DNA from: a virus
DNA: 64,000 nt
Virus record (IMG/VR): IMGVR_UViG_3300040801_001687
Coordinates: 13,188-77,187 of that record
Reading direction: 5' to 3' (one strand)
Shown here in pieces: positions 59,266 through 64,000 of this stretch. Below the pieces are notes generated by a model, which saw only the letters and a program-made list of their open reading frames with translations, ran no database searches and had not been told where the DNA came from. The first letter of the stretch is position 1; each line of letters starts with the position of its first letter. Position numbers and translations under genes: made by a program.

Positions 59266-59676
59266 ATGAAAAAGATATTCTCTATAAAAGGCCTTGAAGA
59301 TTGGATTAAAGAAAATAAAGACCATAAGAAATATGAGGAGGTAACCCATCAATATTACCTTATCGCGGCATTAAGAAATTCATTGCATAAACATGATGAT
59401 GATGAATATTTATCTAATTTCTTTGATTCATCCTCTAGGGAAATAAAGGAGCTTCTATTAACCCGAATGGAAGAGGATAAAGGCTCTACCTATGTTTATA
59501 AATTTAACTCAGAGAAAGAAGCCTGGATTGAATTTGCTAAACCCACATTTAAGGAATATAGAATGATAGATGAATATGGGCATATAATGTGCCATCATGA
59601 TTTTAGAATTTGGTCAGAGATAAAACGTGAACTCTTACTTATTAACAAAATCATTAACGAATGGGATTGGTTATAA
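59266..59676 (+). CDS. Hypothetical protein
   Basis: Coupled ORF. Confidence 0.55.
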   Translation: MKKIFSIKGLEDWIKENKDHKKYEEVTHQYYLIAALRNSLHKHDDDEYLSNFFDSSSREIKELLLTRMEEDKGSTYVYKFNSEKEAWIEFAKPTFKEYRMIDEYGHIMCHHDFRIWSEIKRELLLINKIINEWDWL

Positions 59677-59704
59677 AAAGGTTTTTTATTTAAAATATTA
59701 TTCT

Positions 59705-59730
59705 TAATTTTATATAAATCAAATAATAAA
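59705..59730 (+). promoter_or_regulatory. Degenerate early promoter/leader
   Basis: TAATTTTA followed by TATAAATCAAATAATAAA. Confidence 0.5.
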
Positions 59731-59734
59731 AGAA

Positions 59735-60070
59735 ATGACATATAACCCAATTAATGCTTCTAAGGAGCAAACCGATAAAATATTTAAAAAACACCTAAAG
59801 CCTTTTATGGGCATAGGTAAGATATTAAATAAAACCTTTTCATGGGATGATGAAGATGATATAGGTTTTGTAGAATTGACAACAACCACTGGAAAAACTA
59901 TATCATATCAATTAAGAGGAGATAAGCCCATGTTTGTAGAAGTAACTGGGTTCGGTTCTATTAGATATGATATACACTACCCCGATGAGATAAACATGGA
60001 GATGTATAACCTATTGAAAAGATATGGGTTAGAAGTTAAAAAAGCTTTTTGGAAAGGAGCTCAAATATAA
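59735..60070 (+). CDS. Hypothetical protein
   Basis: ORF behind the leader motif. Confidence 0.6.
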   Translation: MTYNPINASKEQTDKIFKKHLKPFMGIGKILNKTFSWDDEDDIGFVELTTTTGKTISYQLRGDKPMFVEVTGFGSIRYDIHYPDEINMEMYNLLKRYGLEVKKAFWKGAQI

Positions 60071-60099
60071 ACAAAGACTATTAAATTAAAATAAACTAA

Positions 60100-60477
60100 A
60101 TGCTTATGGAAAATGTAAGAGGACCGTGCTACCTAAAGTACAAAGAAAGAGTCTCTAAAAAGACTTGGGCTATTTTATCCTTAACCTTTATTGTAAATTT
60201 AATATTTGCATTAACTTTAGGGATAACCCATTTTGAAGAGATAATTGCAGGTAATTTTATAGTATATGTTCTCCAAGTTGGAGGCTTTGCTTTATTGACT
60301 GGAATACTTGCTTTATCGGTTATTGCTCTGATTGCTGACGCAGAGTTCAGAGTTTACACTAACCGGATTAGAGATGGAGATGATAATGGGCTTACTAATG
60401 AACAATTCAAATTCCCTTACTTACAAGAAGAAATAAAAACGATCAGAGGAATACAAAAAGCCCACTTATATATTTAA
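60100..60477 (+). CDS. Two-TM membrane protein
   Basis: Two long hydrophobic segments. Confidence 0.6.
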   Translation: MLMENVRGPCYLKYKERVSKKTWAILSLTFIVNLIFALTLGITHFEEIIAGNFIVYVLQVGGFALLTGILALSVIALIADAEFRVYTNRIRDGDDNGLTNEQFKFPYLQEEIKTIRGIQKAHLYI

Positions 60478-60483
60478 AAAAAA

Positions 60484-60512
60484 GAAGAGCCTTTCCTAAG
60501 AAGGCTCTTTTT
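60484..60512 (+). terminator. Terminator (possibly bidirectional)
   Basis: A tract, AAGAGCCTT...AAGGCTCTT, T tract. Confidence 0.8.
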
Positions 60513-60622
60513 CTGTGTTTAAATATTAGATTCTAGTATTTTAAAATCAATTGGATAAGTGATTAATCATCTATATAAGGATATTATACTAGAATATCAT
60601 AAGAATAACCATGGAATTAAAT

Positions 60623-60673
60623 TTTGATATTAAAAGGAATTAATCTATATTTGAATAAATCAAATAATCAAAA
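60623..60673 (+). promoter_or_regulatory. Consensus Bacteroidota promoter with conserved leader
   Basis: TTTG (60623-60626), N19, TATATTTG (60646-60653), AATAAATCAAATAATCAAAA. Confidence 0.85.
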
Positions 60674-60675
60674 TT

Positions 60676-60969
60676 ATGAATAGATTAATCTTAATACACT
60701 CAATTGCTTGGGGATGGATGAATGAAATAAAGGCAGTAAATCCCCAACTCTCACCTGATTCCAAATATTGTGATTTTGTTATAGAAAATATTATGGATAA
60801 GGTTTGTTCAAGGTTTAAGGATTGGGTTGAACACTTCAATGATACCCAAGAAGATACAAAGCCTATGGATTTGGAATTAACAAGTGAAGAGCTAGAATAT
60901 ATAGTTTTAGCTTATAAATCATTTATTTATCACTATAAACCCAAAGGAGATGGAATTTACAAGAATTAA
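60676..60969 (+). CDS. Hypothetical protein, paralog of 57701-58111
   Basis: Shared motif with 57701-58111. Confidence 0.65.
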   Translation: MNRLILIHSIAWGWMNEIKAVNPQLSPDSKYCDFVIENIMDKVCSRFKDWVEHFNDTQEDTKPMDLELTSEELEYIVLAYKSFIYHYKPKGDGIYKN

Positions 60970-61225
60970 TTCAAATTCAAGTGGACACCCAAGATTTGTT
61001 ACCCATTTCTTAAATCTTCTTACAAAGACCGAGAAGGAAGAAGAGATGGATATACCTACACTTTATAGAAAGGCTCTTAATAGAGCAAGGAAATGGGGTG
61101 GAAGGAAATTTGATAACAAACAATATGGAGGAGGTATATGTTTTGTATCATGGGATACCAATACCTTAGAGAAATATATTAAAAAGGAATTAAAAAGAGA
61201 GGAGGCTAAGAATGGGGACGATTAA
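60950..61225 (+). CDS. Conserved phage early protein of unknown function
   Basis: GHPRFVTHF...GGRKFDNKQYGGGICF motif recalled from other phage early regions. Confidence 0.6.
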   Translation: MEFTRINSNSSGHPRFVTHFLNLLTKTEKEEEMDIPTLYRKALNRARKWGGRKFDNKQYGGGICFVSWDTNTLEKYIKKELKREEAKNGDD

Positions 61226-61505
61226 TGGATTCTCAACCAATGCCACATTTTATCTGGTAAGGTTAATGAGTGAAGAGAAGGTATTTTATAACATGATGAA
61301 GGTATTTCATTCATTTGAATACCTTTCAGATGCTCAACATGATGCCTTATTAGATTTTTGCAAACAGGAGGACTCAAAATTTGTAATCGAGAACCAAGAT
61401 ACAATTAATTGGGTAGAGTTTAAGCTTTGGATAATTGAAGAGGCTTACAAATACTTACGAGAAGATAATTACACCATTAAACAAATTTTAAATTTAGAAA
61501 GATGA
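61212..61505 (+). CDS. Hypothetical protein
   Basis: Overlap-coupled ORF. Confidence 0.55.
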   Translation: MGTINGFSTNATFYLVRLMSEEKVFYNMMKVFHSFEYLSDAQHDALLDFCKQEDSKFVIENQDTINWVEFKLWIIEEAYKYLREDNYTIKQILNLER

Positions 61506-62065
61506 ACACCGAGAAAATTAAAGAAAGGATTAAGACTGATTATGAGGCTGAATTAATGGATAATGTGCTTAAAGCAAGAACTTTTGTAGATGAGATTAAC
61601 CTAAACAAAGATAGAATAGGTTTTATATCAGATTTTGAGTTTGGGGATTTAAAGATGGTAAGGCTTATATCAGACCCGGTAATTATGATAAATACTAACA
61701 GTAATACCAAAACCTATGTTGCTGAGCAGGTATTTCAATTAAGGTTTGAAGAGGATTTCTCTTCTAATATGTCAAGCCTGGAACATGATGAATTAACAGC
61801 TATAAATATAGAGCTTAATTATTTAAAACATAATTTAGGTTTTGAAGATATAGCTAATATAAGTCTACTAAGCCATTGGGATGAAGATGAGCATGTATTA
61901 TCAATAACCTTCTTTATAAATGAAGATAGGGTAGGGGAAGAATATAATCTAGGCCAAGAGAATCAAGATTTACTTGACCACCTAGAAGATAGGATAGCTG
62001 CATTAGAGACTATTACTAAGGAAATAAAAGAAACCTTTAACACCTTGAAATATGGGACAGATTAA
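61502..62065 (+). CDS. Hypothetical acidic protein
   Basis: 187-aa ORF. Confidence 0.6.
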   Translation: MNTEKIKERIKTDYEAELMDNVLKARTFVDEINLNKDRIGFISDFEFGDLKMVRLISDPVIMINTNSNTKTYVAEQVFQLRFEEDFSSNMSSLEHDELTAINIELNYLKHNLGFEDIANISLLSHWDEDEHVLSITFFINEDRVGEEYNLGQENQDLLDHLEDRIAALETITKEIKETFNTLKYGTD

Positions 62066-62363
62066 ATACCAAGAATGGGTAGATGCTAACCTAATAAGGG
62101 AGGCCTACCTTTTACAAAAGCTTTTAGCCGAAAGGGATTTTAGAACCCTAAGGAAATATATTACCAACTTTGATTTAGAAACCTTAATGCAATTACCTGA
62201 AAAGTATTATGAAGGTATATGGTTTATATCTCCTCAATTAGCTGATTACCTTAAGAGCAAAGGTAGATTGGTATGGACTGATGGAAAGGAGTTCTATTGG
62301 GTAAGAGATAATAGGCTTGATGTTAAGAATATTTATAATAACATGATGTTAACCACTGATTAA
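62052..62363 (+). CDS. Hypothetical protein
   Basis: Overlap-coupled ORF. Confidence 0.55.
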   Translation: MGQIKYQEWVDANLIREAYLLQKLLAERDFRTLRKYITNFDLETLMQLPEKYYEGIWFISPQLADYLKSKGRLVWTDGKEFYWVRDNRLDVKNIYNNMMLTTD

Positions 62364-62377
62364 AATGAAAAAGGTTA

Positions 62378-62407
62378 TTGCATAATCAATAATTCTTTTT
62401 AAATTTG
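62378..62407 (+). promoter_or_regulatory. Bacteroidota-type promoter
   Basis: TTG-N19-TAAATTTG followed by AATATCAAATAAT. Confidence 0.75.
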
Positions 62408-62447
62408 AATATCAAATAATTAATAATCATTTAAATAATTTTCAATT

Positions 62448-62789
62448 ATGAAAACAAAAGAAAAGAAAACCGAGAAAATTGCAGGAAAAACTAAAAACAC
62501 TGCAAAGAAAACATCTACCAAGAAATCAAAAGATAAAAAGGTAGATGAAGAAAACATCAAAAATGTTGAAAAGAAGATTACCGATAAAAAAGACCTTCTT
62601 TACATTTATCCTCAAAATTGTGATACCCTACCTGAAAGAAAGAAATTCAGGCATTCTGTAAGAAGAAAGGTGAGAGCATTTGAAAAGAAGATTGCAAAGG
62701 CACAGGATAAAAAGGAGAAAGAGGCTCTTTTAAAGAAAGCGAGAGCATTCGGAAATAAGGTATATACAAAGGGTAATAATCCCTTTTAA
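62448..62789 (+). CDS. Lys-rich protein, paralog of 54717-55331
   Basis: YIYPQNCDTLPERKKFRHSVRRK; own promoter and terminator. Confidence 0.65.
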   Translation: MKTKEKKTEKIAGKTKNTAKKTSTKKSKDKKVDEENIKNVEKKITDKKDLLYIYPQNCDTLPERKKFRHSVRRKVRAFEKKIAKAQDKKEKEALLKKARAFGNKVYTKGNNPF

Positions 62790-62828
62790 GATTAGATTTT
62801 TGATTGATGATTGATTGATTAAGTTTGG

Positions 62829-62857
62829 AAAGGGGGCATTATTGATGCTCCTTTTTT
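62829..62857 (+). terminator. Rho-independent terminator
   Basis: AAAGGGGGCAT...ATGCTCCTTT plus T tract. Confidence 0.8.
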
Positions 62858-63054
62858 CATTTCAAATCAACGCCGTTAATCATTAATAAAAACCTTATAA
62901 CCCATTGATAATCATAACCATTACCTTAAGATATTAAAAAGAGCCAATACTATATGTAATTACTACTACTAAACTTAAAAGTTGGGCTCTTTTTTTAAAA
63001 ATCATTTATTAAATAACCTAATGACTATTTATTTTAAATTTAACCTATTAAAAG

Positions 63055-63429
63055 ATGAAAAAGAAATATAACTTTAAAAAGAAAGATTTTGTATACCCTA
63101 ATATCCCACTAAAGGAGGTTAAAATAAGTAATACAAAATACTTAGTAGGAACACCAGAAGGTTATCACGTTCCTTTATTTGAACTCAAAAAAGGTAAGGC
63201 AGTATCTAATACCCCTACTATGGAGATGCCTTATAACCAATACAGTGACCATTGTATAAATGAGAGAAACCAATGGAAAGGAGATAAAAACGAGAAGAAA
63301 GGAAAAATGACCAACGAGGCCCAAAAGAAGATTCAAAAAAGAAAGGATTCTGAATTTAGAACTATGCTTTGGGTAGTAGCAATCATAATGTTTGTATTAA
63401 TATTGAAAATATTTTTAAATATACAATAA
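63055..63429 (+). CDS. Hypothetical protein with C-terminal TM helix
   Basis: MLWVVAIIMFVLILKIFL. Confidence 0.55.
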   Translation: MKKKYNFKKKDFVYPNIPLKEVKISNTKYLVGTPEGYHVPLFELKKGKAVSNTPTMEMPYNQYSDHCINERNQWKGDKNEKKGKMTNEAQKKIQKRKDSEFRTMLWVVAIIMFVLILKIFLNIQ

Positions 63430-63430
63430 T

Positions 63431-63733
63431 ATGGCTAAGAAAAAGAAAAGAGGACTTAAAGAAGCTCTAGACCAAACTCCAATGGGAGCTAGAGCATCTC
63501 AACAGGCTTTTAAAAAAAGACAAATGACCCAAGATGAGTTGGCTAATAAGAGACTTCAACGGGATTTGGATGATGCTGAAAAAGAAAGATTAAATATACT
63601 TCTTAATATGTTGGGCTATGAAAATGCTACAAGAGACCATTTTTTAACTAGTGAATATGAATTTGCTAGAAACCTATTAAAGAAATACTCTTACCCATAC
63701 TTACACAACAAAGGATATGAACCGGAAGTATAA
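63431..63733 (+). CDS. Hypothetical protein
   Basis: Coupled ORF. Confidence 0.55.
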   Translation: MAKKKKRGLKEALDQTPMGARASQQAFKKRQMTQDELANKRLQRDLDDAEKERLNILLNMLGYENATRDHFLTSEYEFARNLLKKYSYPYLHNKGYEPEV

Positions 63734-63947
63734 AACAACCATCAGATTTAAAGACGGAGGCAAAGCTGAACACATATCTGCTGATATAGAGGAGATACTA
63801 ATACAATCAGATTCAGGCCTTGAAGATATTAAAATATCTAATGGAAAGATTGAGGTATTTAGGAGAGGAAATATCCCAGTAAAAAATGTAGAGACCATAC
63901 CAATCACCTTCACACCTAAACAAAAAGGCTCCGATGAAGAGACTTAA
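63717..63947 (+). CDS. Hypothetical protein
   Basis: Overlap-coupled ORF before a terminator. Confidence 0.5.
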   Translation: MNRKYKTTIRFKDGGKAEHISADIEEILIQSDSGLEDIKISNGKIEVFRRGNIPVKNVETIPITFTPKQKGSDEET

Positions 63948-63954
63948 TATTAAT

Positions 63955-63985
63955 ACCCATAATTTTTATTGATTATGGGTTTTTT
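63955..63985 (+). terminator. Rho-independent terminator
   Basis: ACCCATAAT...ATTATGGGT plus T tract. Confidence 0.75.
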
Positions 63986-64000
63986 ATTTGAAATATTATT

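Noticed and set aside
33842-63913. Short antisense or alternate-frame ORFs in the replication and early regions (e.g. 42641-42847, 45601-45804, 47233-47484, 55046-55279)
   Set aside because: Nested within stronger genes, with no initiation context.
1-64000. Stop-codon recoding
   Set aside because: Core genes are full length and densely packed under the standard bacterial code.
57351-64000. tRNA genes in intergenic gaps
   Set aside because: No cloverleaf or T-loop GTTCRA pattern; the apparent gap at 57351-57700 is explained by the Hc1 ORF and its terminator.
1-64000. Prophage or host contractile injection system
   Set aside because: Capsid and a full replication module are present; no integrase, repressor or host genes in the window.

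Overview
A 64 kb segment of an AT-rich, apparently lytic dsDNA phage with a contractile tail (myovirus). The host is most likely in Bacteroidota: several promoters match TTTG-N19/20-TAnnTTTG, initiation regions are A-rich without Shine-Dalgarno sites, and there is an Hc1-family histone-like gene. Layout: 1-30.1 kb is the virion module (protease/scaffold, decoration, major capsid, neck, an inserted adhesin block, sheath, tube, frameshifted tail chaperone, tape measure, baseplate, fibres, esterase-FN3, holin-like genes). A single minus-strand sigma-like gene sits at 30.1-30.8 kb. 30.9-50.6 kb is replication, recombination and nucleotide metabolism (DnaB, primase, SF2 helicase, two divergent thymidylate-synthase-fold genes, dCMP deaminase, PolA, dNMP kinase, UvsY/SSB/RecA, 5'-3' exonuclease, MazG-like, SbcCD, resolvase, NusG paralog, sigma4-like HTH). 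50.6-64 kb holds small early/accessory genes in promoter-terminator cassettes. Portal, terminase, endolysin, integrase, tRNAs and CRISPR arrays were not seen. Best leads: (1) a tandem pair of TS-fold enzymes that both carry the cytosine-type Asp, suggesting a DNA cytosine-modification pathway; (2) a phage transcription toolkit with three distinct promoter-like motifs; (3) a possible phage 'chromatin' set of Hc1, two paralogous Lys-rich proteins, an 89-residue poly-Asp/Glu protein and an SSB with a basic tail; (4) an ART-fold gene bounded by a perfect 25-bp direct repeat; (5) apparent near-total GATC avoidance. All protein family calls come from motif recognition by eye; no searches were run.
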